From an uncultured bacterium (GTDB lineage Bacteria; Patescibacteriota; Minisyncoccia; Phycocordibacterales; GCA-2401445): a stretch of DNA of 56,477 nt. The stretch is taken from positions 1 through 56,477 of the forward strand of contig CALFYW010000055.1 of NCBI GenBank assembly GCA_937952265.1, in the 5' to 3' direction. Position numbers and translations under genes: made by a program. The notes under the pieces are model-generated. The model saw nothing but the letters and a program-made list of their open reading frames with translations. It searched no databases and was not told the origin of the DNA. Each line of letters begins with the position of its first letter. Position 1 is the first letter of the stretch. This document shows positions 10,129 through 19,883 of this stretch, in pieces.

Positions 10129-11692
10129 GGTCTTGTGATTGGTTTTTGTTGTGAACGAACACTCCGTATTCGCTGAGATTGCGGATGAGCGGGTGATGTT
10201 CGGCGAAAGTCAGTTGGGTTGGAGCCGAGGGGTTCTGCAGGAGGTTCTTAAGGTGACAAAGGCGCTGTTGACCGTGTTTTTGAGCTTGTTGACAGGCCCG
10301 ATTGAGAGCGGGGAAGGAATGATCCTCGCTGAGATTGACCAGACCCATGAGAGTGCGAATGGCGGTGATACCCCGCTGGTGGACCAGCGAACGGGCCCAA
10401 GTTTCGCAGTCGCTGCCCAGTTCGCAGGCACGCCCAAGCCAGTAATCCAAATTGGCCTGCAGGGTTGCGTGGCCGCCGCCGATGCCCACAGCGTTGGTGA
10501 ATTTGCCCGCTTCCAGGCGCCGATGGACCTGGACCTGGGTGAGTATTCCGTATTTGTCCTGGGAGAACAGACGAACCAATCGGCTGTCATATCGGACCCA
10601 CAGATGGCGCCCCACGAACTCGGGTGGCGCGTGGTAGAAGGCCTTTTGGACCTCGACGTAACCGTCGCGGTGAACGGTGCGGCGCCCTTCCTGAAAGTAG
10701 GGAAAAAGCGAAGGGGGCAGAGGCTTGAGCAGGGGCTTTTCGGCGGCGAAATGCTGGAGGACCTGCCGTTTGGTGGTTCCGTGGATGCGTAAGTCGGCGA
10801 CGGTGCGTTCCCAATGGCGTAGGAACTGATTCAGAGCCGACAGGGACGGGAACTTGCGGCCGGCCAACGCGTTGGATTTGACGTATTTCACGCTGTTTTC
10901 GACTTTTCCTTTGTGTTCGGGCGTTCTTGGAAGACAGGGAAAGATCGCCGTTTGGTAGTGCTTGGCGAAATCGACCAACTTGGGATTGAGCTGCGGGTCG
11001 GCCCAGTCGGCCTTGAGAACCGCCGCCTTGAGATTGTCGAGGTTGATGGTGAGGGTCACGCCGCCGAAACTGCGGAAGGCATTCTCCAAGCAACGTAGAA
11101 ACGTCTCGGTGTCCTGCCGGCGAACCGCCTCACTGTAAGCCTTGCGTGAGTGGCTGAGGATGACGCGAAAGATCCAGGTCTTGGCTCTCTTGCCCTCGGA
11201 GCCGAGGAGCATGGGGCCCGAACCGAAATCGACCTGGATTTCTTCGCCAGGAGCAACCTCGACGCGTTGCACCAACTTCGGATCGATCTGACGAAGCTTT
11301 CGAACGAAGCGTTTGACCGCCTGATATGAACCGCAGAAATCGGTTTGCGCCCTGAGATCCTGGAAGATCCGTTGAGCGCTCAGACCGTCTTCTAGTTTGC
11401 CTGCGATCAGGTCGCGGTGAGCGGTGCACAGGCTATTTCGCCCGCTTTTGCCGGGGGTCGAAAGTGGGTCAGTTTCAACGGCCTCACTTCCGGAGCCGGG
11501 GGTCGAAAGTGGGTCAATTTGCGAGTCGCCCGGACGATCACTCGGCTCTTCTATCCGACGCCAACCGCGCAAATACCTGCGCACCGTGACGCGACTGAGC
11601 CGCAATTCGCGGGAAATTCGACGAATTCCCCACCCCTGCCGCGCCAATTGCCTGATCGCTTCCTGTTGATGCACCTTGAGTATGTTGGCCAT
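10121..11692 (-). CDS. istA: IS21 transposase IstA (start taken at MANILKVHQQEAIRQL; the ORF track extends to 11737)
   Basis: N-terminal HTH (ISRELRLSRVTVRRYL) and integrase-core region (EIQVDFG...ILSHSRKAYSE). Position is upstream of istB. Confidence 0.9.
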   Translation of the reverse strand: MANILKVHQQEAIRQLARQGWGIRRISRELRLSRVTVRRYLRGWRRIEEPSDRPGDSQIDPLSTPGSGSEAVETDPLSTPGKSGRNSLCTAHRDLIAGKLEDGLSAQRIFQDLRAQTDFCGSYQAVKRFVRKLRQIDPKLVQRVEVAPGEEIQVDFGSGPMLLGSEGKRAKTWIFRVILSHSRKAYSEAVRRQDTETFLRCLENAFRSFGGVTLTINLDNLKAAVLKADWADPQLNPKLVDFAKHYQTAIFPCLPRTPEHKGKVENSVKYVKSNALAGRKFPSLSALNQFLRHWERTVADLRIHGTTKRQVLQHFAAEKPLLKPLPPSLFPYFQEGRRTVHRDGYVEVQKAFYHAPPEFVGRHLWVRYDSRLVRLFSQDKYGILTQVQVHRRLEAGKFTNAVGIGGGHATLQANLDYWLGRACELGSDCETWARSLVHQRGITAIRTLMGLVNLSEDHSFPALNRACQQAQKHGQQRLCHLKNLLQNPSAPTQLTFAEHHPLIRNLSEYGVFVHNKNQSQDHE

Positions 11693-11966
11693 AGGTGCTG
11701 CGAATCCTCCGCCCAGCCGCGGAGATTGGCAGCCCACCAGACCTTCTCAAGGTGGGTCATTTTGAAGCCGTTCATTTCGACCCGAGGTGGGTCAGTTTGA
11801 GTGACCGCTGACACGCTCGAACACGTGTCGCCTGACTTTCAAAGCCACCAAAAGTATGCCTAGCTAGTTAGGGCTTCTTCCAACGGCCCGGATTTTCGAG
11901 GGGGCATTAGCGACGCTTTTGCTGTTTCCACATCCGTAATGAATCGGAGAAACGAAGAGAAGCAAA

Positions 11967-11995
11967 GAGTGTCTGAAAAAAGGGGTTAGACACTC
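11967..11995 (-). terminator. Possible intrinsic terminator of the sensor gene (hairpin gagtgtct/agacactc)
   Basis: 8-bp stem with a 13-nt loop overlapping the stop codon, followed on the minus strand by a T-rich tract. The loop is long for a canonical terminator. Confidence 0.3.
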
Positions 11996-14523
11996 AGAGG
12001 GCACCAGAACTCAAGGACAGGTCCGTGATTTGTCATTGACCTCTGAATCTCACCTCCGCAAAGCGTAGCGACACGTAGCGCAATTTGAAGGCCCATACAT
12101 TTGCCCTCTTGACAGTTTTCAAAACATTGCGACAGCTCCAACGGACTGAACGCACTTTGTTCTTCGTTCGAGTAGTCGCTCACGGAGACACAAAGCTCGC
12201 GCCTTCCATTTCGACTAGTGACAAACAACGTACAATATATCGGGGCTGTATTCTTTTGTGCGACCGACAGCGATGCACTATAAAACCACAGACCGGCAAC
12301 ACCCACCTGGAACCAACGCAGATCAATCCACTGAGTAGTTTCTGCATCCCAAACTCCCGGATCTATTATGATGTTTGGAAACCAAATTCGAAAAAGAGGA
12401 ATTAGTTCGTTAATCGCTTCCATTGGATTCGATTCCGCCGGAGTCCATGGCATAGATTGGTAGAGAATAAAAAGATCAGCAACGTCTCGGATGGAAATTT
12501 TTGTTAACTCATACTCTCCAATGCACAGCAGGCGTACGCAGCTTTGAAGAAGAGTCATTCCTCGCAAATAAATAAGTTCCTCCAACATGGGGTCAATACA
12601 CATCCCCGTTCGATGCTCGTTTATCAACTCTGCCTCGGCAAGATGCCAGCATTGCTCCGAGGTTAGGTCGTTGGCTCTACCGATCTCTTTAGAAATAAAA
12701 TATGCGCGCAGCTGAATTTCACTATACGATGGAATATACGACTGAAAGGAGGCCTTGTTAAGCGTCTTCCGCCATCCAAAAATGAGCTTCCCCATGTAAC
12801 AGAGAGCCGTTTCAATGCTTATTCGCTGGGTATAGAGCGAATGGACATCGTAAAAAACGCCTCTGATCCCATCAGGCTTTCCATGTGAGTCGAACACAGG
12901 GATCTTTATGACCGAAACCCTCCTGCGGTGCTTCTGACGAAGAGGTTCGTGCCATTCGTCTCGCTCCACCGAACCGTTGCTGGTGACAGTTCGGTCATCT
13001 TGTTCATACAATAATGCACAATCTTCATGATAAAGGTCACGGTCACGCAGACCGATGAGAGCTTCTGAAGTTGAGTACCCTGCGTCGATTGCAAAATTGT
13101 GATTCACCCACACGAATCGCCCGTTCCTTTTGCGGAAGAAGCAAATTGGCGGATTACGAGCGCCCAAGATATTCTGGAAAAACCAAAGGTCTGTTTCTGT
13201 TAAAGGATCGCGGCAGAGACCCAAGATGTAGGCGACGGAGCTGTGTCGGTCGAAAATCGGAACCTTTATGGTTTCGATTTTGTCGTTTGACCCATGCGCG
13301 TATGAAACCTCGAATTCTTGATAGAATTCGATCTCGCCATCCAGAATCTTACGATCAATTTCTCGATACTTTTTAACTTTGTCGAGTTCAAGATGCAATT
13401 CCTCGTCCTTTTTTCCCTGAATGGACGAGAGGTCCATCTCTTGATTCCCGGGAATCTGCTTTAGCTTCGTCAACAATTTCTTGTTCACAAAAACGAACTG
13501 ACATGATCTGTCCTTTACAAACACTTCGAATGGTAAAGCTTCGGCTAAAGTGTGAAAGAAGCCTGCCTGTTCCTCTGCATTTCTGCGCACGGCCCTCATT
13601 ACCATCATTAAACTGCAAACCAGAAACCAAAACAGAATCCGAGGTAGTGTATTTCCAACAAAGACGATTCCCCACTCGAACAACACCGGAGTCGACTCTG
13701 GTAAAGTGGTCCACCAATGTACGCCAGTGATTAAATAGCCCGTCCAATGCCATTGAATATAGAGCGCGATAGCGATGGAGAGCCAGATAATGATTGCCCG
13801 CCCTTCCGCCCGAAAGAGCCATGCAGCCGCTACGGGGACAAAGAAACCAAGGTGGGTTTCGCTGATACCTGGCAAGCAACAGCTGGCGACAAGCACATAA
13901 AATACGTCGATAGTGGCGGGAAAGAAAAAGACATCCGGGTACCGATTGCTCCACACGCCCCCCCCTGCGAAACGGGATTCGTCCGATTCCTCATTCGCGA
14001 GAGTTTTCTGGGAATGCTCGGCCATTCGTCTGGAAAAATGTGCGACGAATATGTAAGCGGAAGTCAGCGTGAGTAAGCAAAGCGTGAGCCAAGGTTCAAG
14101 GTCGCGACCAATATCCGGAGTCCAAGGCGGGTCCAAGACTCGTAGCCTAATCCAACGCCAGAGTACTGCGATGATCAGGGCGAGACGGAAAACCGTAAGC
14201 CATTGGGCTGAAGTGGAAACGAGAGAAGTGCTCAATCGCGTGTGCAAGGCGCGACGAGCGATCTTCGCGGCTTCTTGATGGCGCAACGGGTTCAGCAGTA
14301 TTTTCAGCCAACTCTGCAGTGCGACCTTCCGACGAATGATGGCTCTGATAAACCAAAAAACATAGTAAAGTGCAGCGAGAACCGCGACTATCCCCGATAT
14401 ATATTTAAGGAGGTCTTCGAGAAGTTTCGTCGTATGGATTGTCGAAAGTATATCAAAGTGTGCGCTAGGAAAAGTGGCCGCAAAGAGTCGTACAGATCGC
14501 ATAATCAAATACATTACTGCCAA
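11986..14523 (-). CDS. Polytopic membrane sensor protein with two PAS-like modules and a degenerate HATPase_c-like C-terminus (845 aa)
   Basis: The N-terminal ~330 aa hold multiple hydrophobic helices. PAS-like segments are FEVFVKDRSCQFVFVNKKL and FFRKRNGRFVWVNHNFAIDAGYSTSEALIG. The C-terminus has GKCMGLQIALRVATLCGGEI. I found no canonical H-box. Confidence 0.8.
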   Translation of the reverse strand: MAVMYLIMRSVRLFAATFPSAHFDILSTIHTTKLLEDLLKYISGIVAVLAALYYVFWFIRAIIRRKVALQSWLKILLNPLRHQEAAKIARRALHTRLSTSLVSTSAQWLTVFRLALIIAVLWRWIRLRVLDPPWTPDIGRDLEPWLTLCLLTLTSAYIFVAHFSRRMAEHSQKTLANEESDESRFAGGGVWSNRYPDVFFFPATIDVFYVLVASCCLPGISETHLGFFVPVAAAWLFRAEGRAIIIWLSIAIALYIQWHWTGYLITGVHWWTTLPESTPVLFEWGIVFVGNTLPRILFWFLVCSLMMVMRAVRRNAEEQAGFFHTLAEALPFEVFVKDRSCQFVFVNKKLLTKLKQIPGNQEMDLSSIQGKKDEELHLELDKVKKYREIDRKILDGEIEFYQEFEVSYAHGSNDKIETIKVPIFDRHSSVAYILGLCRDPLTETDLWFFQNILGARNPPICFFRKRNGRFVWVNHNFAIDAGYSTSEALIGLRDRDLYHEDCALLYEQDDRTVTSNGSVERDEWHEPLRQKHRRRVSVIKIPVFDSHGKPDGIRGVFYDVHSLYTQRISIETALCYMGKLIFGWRKTLNKASFQSYIPSYSEIQLRAYFISKEIGRANDLTSEQCWHLAEAELINEHRTGMCIDPMLEELIYLRGMTLLQSCVRLLCIGEYELTKISIRDVADLFILYQSMPWTPAESNPMEAINELIPLFRIWFPNIIIDPGVWDAETTQWIDLRWFQVGVAGLWFYSASLSVAQKNTAPIYCTLFVTSRNGRRELCVSVSDYSNEEQSAFSPLELSQCFENCQEGKCMGLQIALRVATLCGGEIQRSMTNHGPVLEFWCPLSV

Positions 14524-14603
14524 TCAAGCTCCTGGTGGTAAGGTGATCATTGTATCTCGTAGAGAAGAGAGGGCAAGTTAATTCGCGAGACCGGCGTGGT
14601 GCA

Positions 14604-14916
14604 GGGCGCCTCTCCGAATGAGGACAGATTTTGCGGTACTACAGTGTTTTGGTCGTGTATTGGTCGCTGGAAATGGGTTCAGCGTTTGACGCGTGTGCCT
14701 GCGCTGCGATAGGCGCAACGAGCAGGGGAGGTTGAAGGATTTTGCGGCGCGTAGTTTCCTTTTGAAGTTGGAAGCCGGTGGTTGGATTGAGCTGCCTGCG
14801 CTCCGCGAGCACCAGAGGCGCAGACCCACGGTGGCCGAATGGGAAGAGTGGCGGGAGCCGACGCCATGGGAAGGCTCACTAAGGCAGTTGAAGCCGGTGG
14901 CTTTGGAGACTCCGCA
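14604..14916 (+). pseudogene. Truncated left end of an ISKra4-like element, including a 5' fragment of its DUF4338 gene (internally deleted)
   Basis: Aligns to 25481..~25900. It shares the same IR (gggcgc.tctccgaatgaggacagattttgc) and the same coding stretch (RNEQGRLKDFAARSFLLKLEAGGWIELPALRE). About 100 bp is deleted between two gcgtttg repeats, and similarity ends near 14916. Confidence 0.8.
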
Positions 14917-15315
14917 TTGAACGTCATCAGTGATTTGAGAGTTGTGGTGACATTCGATCTTTGACTGGGATTGCGTGTCGGGCCCCGATCATTTATCGGT
15001 GAGTGGTGCCCACACTGAAGGCGAGGTAAGGTATCCGAACGCTTTTTGATTCCGGTTCGGGTCGAGGAGCGTAACAACGGATGGGTCTACTGGTAAGTAT
15101 TGCCGATATGATTTCTCGCCGTTGCACAATTTGGAGCGCATCTTAAATAAGTTTTCTCGCACACATGGTGTCATATTTAATTAAAGCGTGTAGTGCGGCG
15201 CAAAGAATTGCATCGAGGGAACTGTTCTTGTCCTCGACTTCACTGCTAAATTCTTTCGCTGACGTGGATGATCCTGATTTGATTGACTTAACGACCTTCT
15301 TGACCGCTTGATGTG

Positions 15316-15672
15316 TTATCGCTTTTCCGTTGCACTCCTTAATGACGAGACTCCACGCTTGAGGCGAACTTGAAACTCGTGGTTAGGCAACTTGTCGGAA
15401 TTCTGCGACAATTGGTCAATTGTTTCCGCCGCGCCAATCAGTCGATACGCGTGCGCGCGCCCGATATCCCAACGCTTTTGGCAATATGACGGGAATTCTT
15501 CGCGATAGAGACGCTTCGCTTCTATTTCGCTGAGGGCCTTGCCAACCCTTACGAACGCCGCCCACCCATGCTCAACGATTGTCTCGAACTCGCGGAGTTT
15601 CTCGCGGTCGACGGATGATAGGGGTGATATCAGCTTGCGTGGCTGGTGTTCCGATTTCATCCTTCCCATCAA
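15316..15672 (-). CDS. Hypothetical protein, possibly DNA-binding (118 aa)
   Basis: The segment FVRVGKALSEIEAKRLYREEFPSYCQKRWDIGRAHAYRLIGAAE resembles a motif common in phage/plasmid-borne HTH proteins. The family is not assigned. Confidence 0.45.
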   Translation of the reverse strand: MMGRMKSEHQPRKLISPLSSVDREKLREFETIVEHGWAAFVRVGKALSEIEAKRLYREEFPSYCQKRWDIGRAHAYRLIGAAETIDQLSQNSDKLPNHEFQVRLKRGVSSLRSATEKR

Positions 15673-16237
15673 GGTCTTCGTCCATCGAGTCAGAAACTGA
15701 TTTCAACCATTGAATACGTTGAGAACACCTGAGTTCTTTCAGCTCGTTCGAATATTCTTTCCTTGATTTTTTCAAACGATAGGACCTCCGGATCTCGAGG
15801 TGAGGTCGCAACTTAGGCTGATCGGTTCTGGGTAATTGGCTACGCAAGTAATGCCAGCACAGCGGGTTATAAACATTTCGCGGTGTTTTAAGCAAAGATC
15901 TCCTTTGCGTCGAGATCTGTCTCATTTTAGGATCGGCGCTACATATAAAGTCGGGTACGTCCAAAGGAACTATGAGCCTGTGGGGGGAGAAACACAGCTC
16001 TTCTCCCGAAACAGAGGTGGCCCCCCCAGTGCATTGCGAAGCTAGCACACCGAAAATGCACCCTGGCGATCCATGATAAATCGTGTCCCCGGCTTGGTGG
16101 CGATTGAGAATTCGCGCGATTACGCGATAAAGCGCTGCCGCCGTCCTGCCCTTCACCTGTCACGGTTTGTTACGAATCACGGGGAATTGAGGCTCCCCAA
16201 GAGTTTGAATATCTCCAATTGGAGACCTTCTTACTTG

Positions 16238-17511
16238 GGGTTTGTTACGCAATAAATGTCGCAATTGAGCCAAGTTCAGTGTAGACTGTCTAGATGGAAA
16301 TTGACCAGGCAATTTCAGAAAGGTTCGCGTTACTTGGTGGTTTGTTGAATGAACGCATGCGCCAACTCGTTGCTGCGGCCGAAGCTATGTCCATCGGGCG
16401 CGGTGGAGTTTCTAAAGTAGCGCGGCTTACTGGAGTATCTCGGGTTGGTCAAACCGAGTCAGTCGACTCACCCGATGAGCGAATCCGCAAGCCTGGCGGC
16501 GGGCGCAAGCGCGCGGTCGATCAGGATAAGACCCTGTTGAGGGATTTGGAGGCACTGATTGATCCGGTGACGCGCGGCGACCCTGAATCACCATTGCGCT
16601 GGACTTGTAAGAGTCTTCGGACCTTATCGTCGGAACTGGAGCAACGCGGACATCAGATCAGTCACCGATTGGTAAGTCAGTTGCTCGGAAATATGGGATA
16701 CAGCCTTCAAGCCAATAGCAAAACCCACGAAGGGCAAAGCCATCCAGATCGAAACGCACAGTTCGAGTTTATCAATCGGCGAACCAAGCAAGAGTTGAGG
16801 GCCGGCAATCCAGTCATCTCGGTCGACACAAAAAAGAAGGAATTGGTCGGAAACTTCAAGAATTCTGGCCGTGAGTATCGTCCCAAGGGGCAACCACAGG
16901 AAGTCCGTGTTCACGATTTTGTCATTCCCGGATTGGGCCGAGCCAACCCCTATGGCGTCTACGATCTGGCCAACGACATGGGGTGGGTGAGTGTCGGTGT
17001 TGATCATGATACTGCGGCTTTCGCGGTCGAATCGATTCGCCGTTGGTGGCGCACGATGGGAGCACCGCTTTTTCCCGGTGCGCGGAGGCTTCAAATCTTC
17101 GCCGACGGCGGGGGTAGCAATGGCGTGCGGGTGCGGTTATGGAAGGTAGAACTACAAAAGCTAAGCGAAGACTTGGGCTTTCCCATTCGGGTATGTCACC
17201 TTCGTCCGGCGACCAGCAAATGGAACAAGATCGAACATCGTCTCTTTAGTTTTATCAGCATGAATTCGAAAGGGCAGCCGCTGGTGAGTCACGAAGTGAT
17301 CGTGAACCTAATCAAAGCAACCACGACGGCTGAAGGATTGACCGTCGACGCGCAGGTGGATGACTCAATCTATCCGTCCGGGATCAAGGTATCCGACGAA
17401 GAGATGGAACAGCTCAACCTGAAAAGAGAAACCTTCCACGGCGATTGGAACTACACGCTCTCTCCGCGGCAGAGAATGCTTAATTTGTAACACTTATTCC
17501 GTAACGGGCCC
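16238..17511 (+). mobile_element. ISAzo13-type (IS630-family) insertion sequence
   Basis: Imperfect IRs gggtttgttacgcaataaatgt (16238) and acacttattccgtaacgggccc (ends at 17511). There is a single transposase ORF. The exact ends and TSD were not resolved. Confidence 0.8.
16294..17490 (+). CDS. ISAzo13-like DDE transposase (398 aa)
   Basis: Hallmark strings RKPGGGRKR, RGDPESPLRWTCKS, ISVDTKKKELVGNFKN.GREYRP, NPYGVYD, FADGGGSNG, TSKWNKIEHRLFSFIS and FHGDWNYT. Confidence 0.95.
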   Translation: MEIDQAISERFALLGGLLNERMRQLVAAAEAMSIGRGGVSKVARLTGVSRVGQTESVDSPDERIRKPGGGRKRAVDQDKTLLRDLEALIDPVTRGDPESPLRWTCKSLRTLSSELEQRGHQISHRLVSQLLGNMGYSLQANSKTHEGQSHPDRNAQFEFINRRTKQELRAGNPVISVDTKKKELVGNFKNSGREYRPKGQPQEVRVHDFVIPGLGRANPYGVYDLANDMGWVSVGVDHDTAAFAVESIRRWWRTMGAPLFPGARRLQIFADGGGSNGVRVRLWKVELQKLSEDLGFPIRVCHLRPATSKWNKIEHRLFSFISMNSKGQPLVSHEVIVNLIKATTTAEGLTVDAQVDDSIYPSGIKVSDEEMEQLNLKRETFHGDWNYTLSPRQRMLNL

Positions 17512-17997
17512 TTAGGGATTCAACACAAGTATTGGGAAATTGCATCAGCGAGTAATGCGTATCTCTTATAGAAGACTACTAGATACTGTAACTAGAATAC
17601 GCATTCCCCACCTTACATTAGAGATCGCTCGATTGACACCAGAACTATGTATTGATACATTCTATTCTAGAATATCGGTAACAGTCGCTAAGACAGCATA
17701 ACCCAACACTACTTTGTTCATTACATACTTAAGCCATTTACTTTCCTCAGAGTGCTGAAAAGAATATCTCAAACATCAACACCAATACCATTAAATCCCC
17801 GACCGAAACAGGCAGAGTCATCTATGAGTAGGGAATTCTCTTTACTCCGAAAAGCACGATAAGAACCACGATTCCAATCAAGTATGAGACGCCTTTCTCA
17901 GCCTTCTGAGTGGAAGGTTTGAAGTCCCCACAATACTCGCACTGAGTATGTGGGGAGTCATGTGGCTACTATTCACCAAAGCGGGAAAGGTGTGCTA

Positions 17998-18231
17998 ATG
18001 ACTACGGAAGATGTAGAGCATATTGTCAAATTGCTGCAAGGTATCCAGCAGAATCTTGACGGGATTGTAAACGGGGAAGTATCTTGGATTAGTATCGTTC
18101 TTTGTATACTGCTTGTGGGTGGGATTCTTACAATGTGGACTGGAGAGCGGGAACGAAAGCAGATGAAGGAGCAACTTGAGCGGATAGAACAGAAGCTTGA
18201 TCAAACTAGGCAATGCAATAGTACCCATTAA
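17998..18231 (+). CDS. Small single-TM protein (77 aa from the ATG at 17998; the ORF track starts at 17950)
   Basis: ggaaagg sits 8 nt upstream of ATG 17998. One hydrophobic helix (WISIVLCILLVGGILTMW) is followed by a charged coiled tail and then a clear terminator. Confidence 0.45.
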   Translation: MTTEDVEHIVKLLQGIQQNLDGIVNGEVSWISIVLCILLVGGILTMWTGERERKQMKEQLERIEQKLDQTRQCNSTH

Positions 18232-18255
18232 TGGTGTGTTTAAGAAGCGTGCATT

Positions 18256-18283
18256 AAAACTCGACCATAAGGTCGAGTTTTTC
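18256..18283 (+). terminator. Rho-independent terminator
   Basis: aaaactcgacc-ataa-ggtcgagttttt: a 7-bp GC-containing stem, a 4-nt loop and a T5 tail, 25 nt after the stop at 18231. Confidence 0.6.
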
Positions 18284-18508
18284 TAAGGGTTTCGCTGCAT
18301 TTGATTATGAGTGCGATCTTCTGGAATTGTCGGGGGGTTGATTGGCCGAAGCGCGATCCTTTTCGTGAATCTTACGCCGGTGGACCTGTTGTCCTGCGTT
18401 TCACCCACTAGGCGCGCGCCTTTTGTCGTGGGCGAGACCGAGTCAATTCCGCGTGCCGACCGGCGGTGATTATTCCGTCAAGATCCGTCATCAAACTGAA
18501 TCGCGCGT

Positions 18509-18854
18509 CTAACTCGCCAAATGGTTGATGCTATACGACCTTCTTCCGGAATCGTGTATTTGGCCTACTGTCGGCATGCTTCTCTTGAAAGCGGCATGCT
18601 GACGGGCGTCCTTTTCGACTGAATCGGCCGTTTCGACCTCCAAGACGATTTTCTCGCTATTCTTGGCCGCGATCACATCCGGGCGCTTTCCCGAGATGGT
18701 CTCGGACTTTGGATAACCAGCAATGTCGGCCGCCACCTTGAAGCCTCGTGACTCGTAATAGGCAGCCGAGCCGGCCACCCCTTACGTTTTGCCATGCGAT
18801 TAGATGTTTTGATTCCTTGTCGGCGATGACGGCCAGGGCTTTACCGCAAGCCAT
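18509..18854 (-). pseudogene. Frameshifted small PD-(D/E)xK-like gene
   Basis: ORFs 18657..18854 and 18509..18778 join into one reading frame if 1 nt is removed from the cccc run at 18777..18780 (...IAWQNVR|VAGSAAYYESRGF...). The downstream part has GKRPDVIAAKNSEKIVLEVET, which is D...E-V-E/nuclease-fold-like. Confidence 0.4.
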
Positions 18855-19353
18855 TGCGTAGCCGTCTAACGGTCATACAATATCTTGCTGTTAAAAGCAT
18901 GTCAATGAAACTGGGGCGATCACAGCGGTTCCGCGCAATCGTCGGGATTCCGGGCGTTGCGAGTGTCGCGGGCATCTTTTTCGGCGGATTCGAGCCCGCC
19001 GTGTAGGCCAGCGACCGAATCCGCCGTGAGTCGAGACGACAACTCACCTGTGGGTTGCTTGGTCGGAGTTCTTGAATGTCAAGGAACAGGAGTGGTTGGG
19101 GTCGACCCAACCCGAAGCGAAGCTCATGGGTGATGTCGAGTCCAGATCGGTTCAGTGGCGATTATCGCCTGGTTGCTTATCCTCGTGCTGGCGTTCAATC
19201 TCTTTTGAGCTGTTCGTTCGAGTAAACGGTAAGTTGTGGCGCCAGGGCAAAAGAACCCTGGTAGAAGCGGGTGAATTCGTTGAAGGAATGATTTTCGATC
19301 CCCCATCGGTGGTGACCGATCCTCCAGATCGTCTTGGCGCCATAGCCTTCAAA

Positions 19354-19452
19354 CTCCTATGGCTTGGGCACGCAAACATCTCCACAACAAGGCTTTATGA
19401 CCGCCGTAAATCGCGTCCAGAAGACAGTCCAACATTCAAGGTTGTGTATTGA
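19354..19452 (+). pseudogene. C-terminal remnant of a tyrosine integrase
   Basis: [32 protein letters not shown] is a typical integrase C-terminus (LGH...T..Y). Upstream sequence in this frame has no integrase features. Confidence 0.55.
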
Positions 19453-19501
19453 TCGTACCGAACCCGGTCTAGTAGCCAATACTGGAAGAAAATCGTGCTA
19501 C

Positions 19502-19822
19502 TCAATATCTGCTCAAAGATAATAAAAAGGGAGTAAGCAAAAGGAAAGCAACGGGTGAAATAAGTCCCAAAGTCATTGCATCCTTAATATGGCGAATATC
19601 CTCTCCCTTTTTTGCAGTTCGTGAAAGGAGGTTGGATCCAGTAACTCCAATGACCACACAAACCGGCACCAAGATGAACAGCACAGCAGGCATTACAGCA
19701 AATGCTAGCCCTAACGTATATCCTTCCACTCCGGCCAGCGAACGATATGTTGCAATCGCGCCGAAAATGGTCAGAATAAATACAGTATATGAGAATACGA
19801 TAAATGCTTGTTTTCCTGACAT
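19502..19822 (-). CDS. Small integral membrane protein (106 aa, ~3 TM)
   Basis: Three long hydrophobic stretches in the ORF translation. Confidence 0.5.
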   Translation of the reverse strand: MSGKQAFIVFSYTVFILTIFGAIATYRSLAGVEGYTLGLAFAVMPAVLFILVPVCVVIGVTGSNLLSRTAKKGEDIRHIKDAMTLGLISPVAFLLLTPFLLSLSRY

Positions 19823-19883
19823 TCCTTCATGATACAGTATTTGTTTTCCAATAGCACTGTTGATAACTATTTACACAAATACC

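Larger units (their letters stand above)
8944..11813 (-). mobile_element. Complete IS21-family insertion sequence (istA-istB)
   Basis: Terminal inverted repeats tgtcaccggtcac (8944) and gtgaccgctgaca (11813). Multiple subterminal copies of aaaatgacccacc / ggtgggtca.ttt. The 4-bp direct repeat cgct flanks both ends (8940..8943 and 11814..11817). Confidence 0.9.

Noticed and set aside
9036-11814. Numerous long ORFs antisense to, or out of frame with, istA/istB (for example 9116..9943 and 10139..10792)
   Set aside because: They are shadow ORFs of the clearly identifiable IS21 genes. The same reasoning applies to antisense ORFs inside the RIT, IS66, kinase, recombinase and ATPase genes.
15572-16156. 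194-aa minus-strand ORF overlapping the start of 15316..15672
   Set aside because: No recognisable motif and basic low-complexity stretches. It overlaps a better-looking ORF. Left uncalled rather than asserted.
16160-16237. A second gtttgttacg IR-like string plus the palindrome tctccaattggaga just outside the ISAzo13 left end
   Set aside because: It could be a remnant of another IS end or part of the true IR. I cannot decide boundaries without other copies.
17926-17955. 12-13-bp inverted repeat ccccacaatactc/gagtatgtgggg, considered as a terminator or attenuator
   Set aside because: No T-tract follows it, and it overlaps the alternative start of the small ORF. Its function is undeterminable from sequence.
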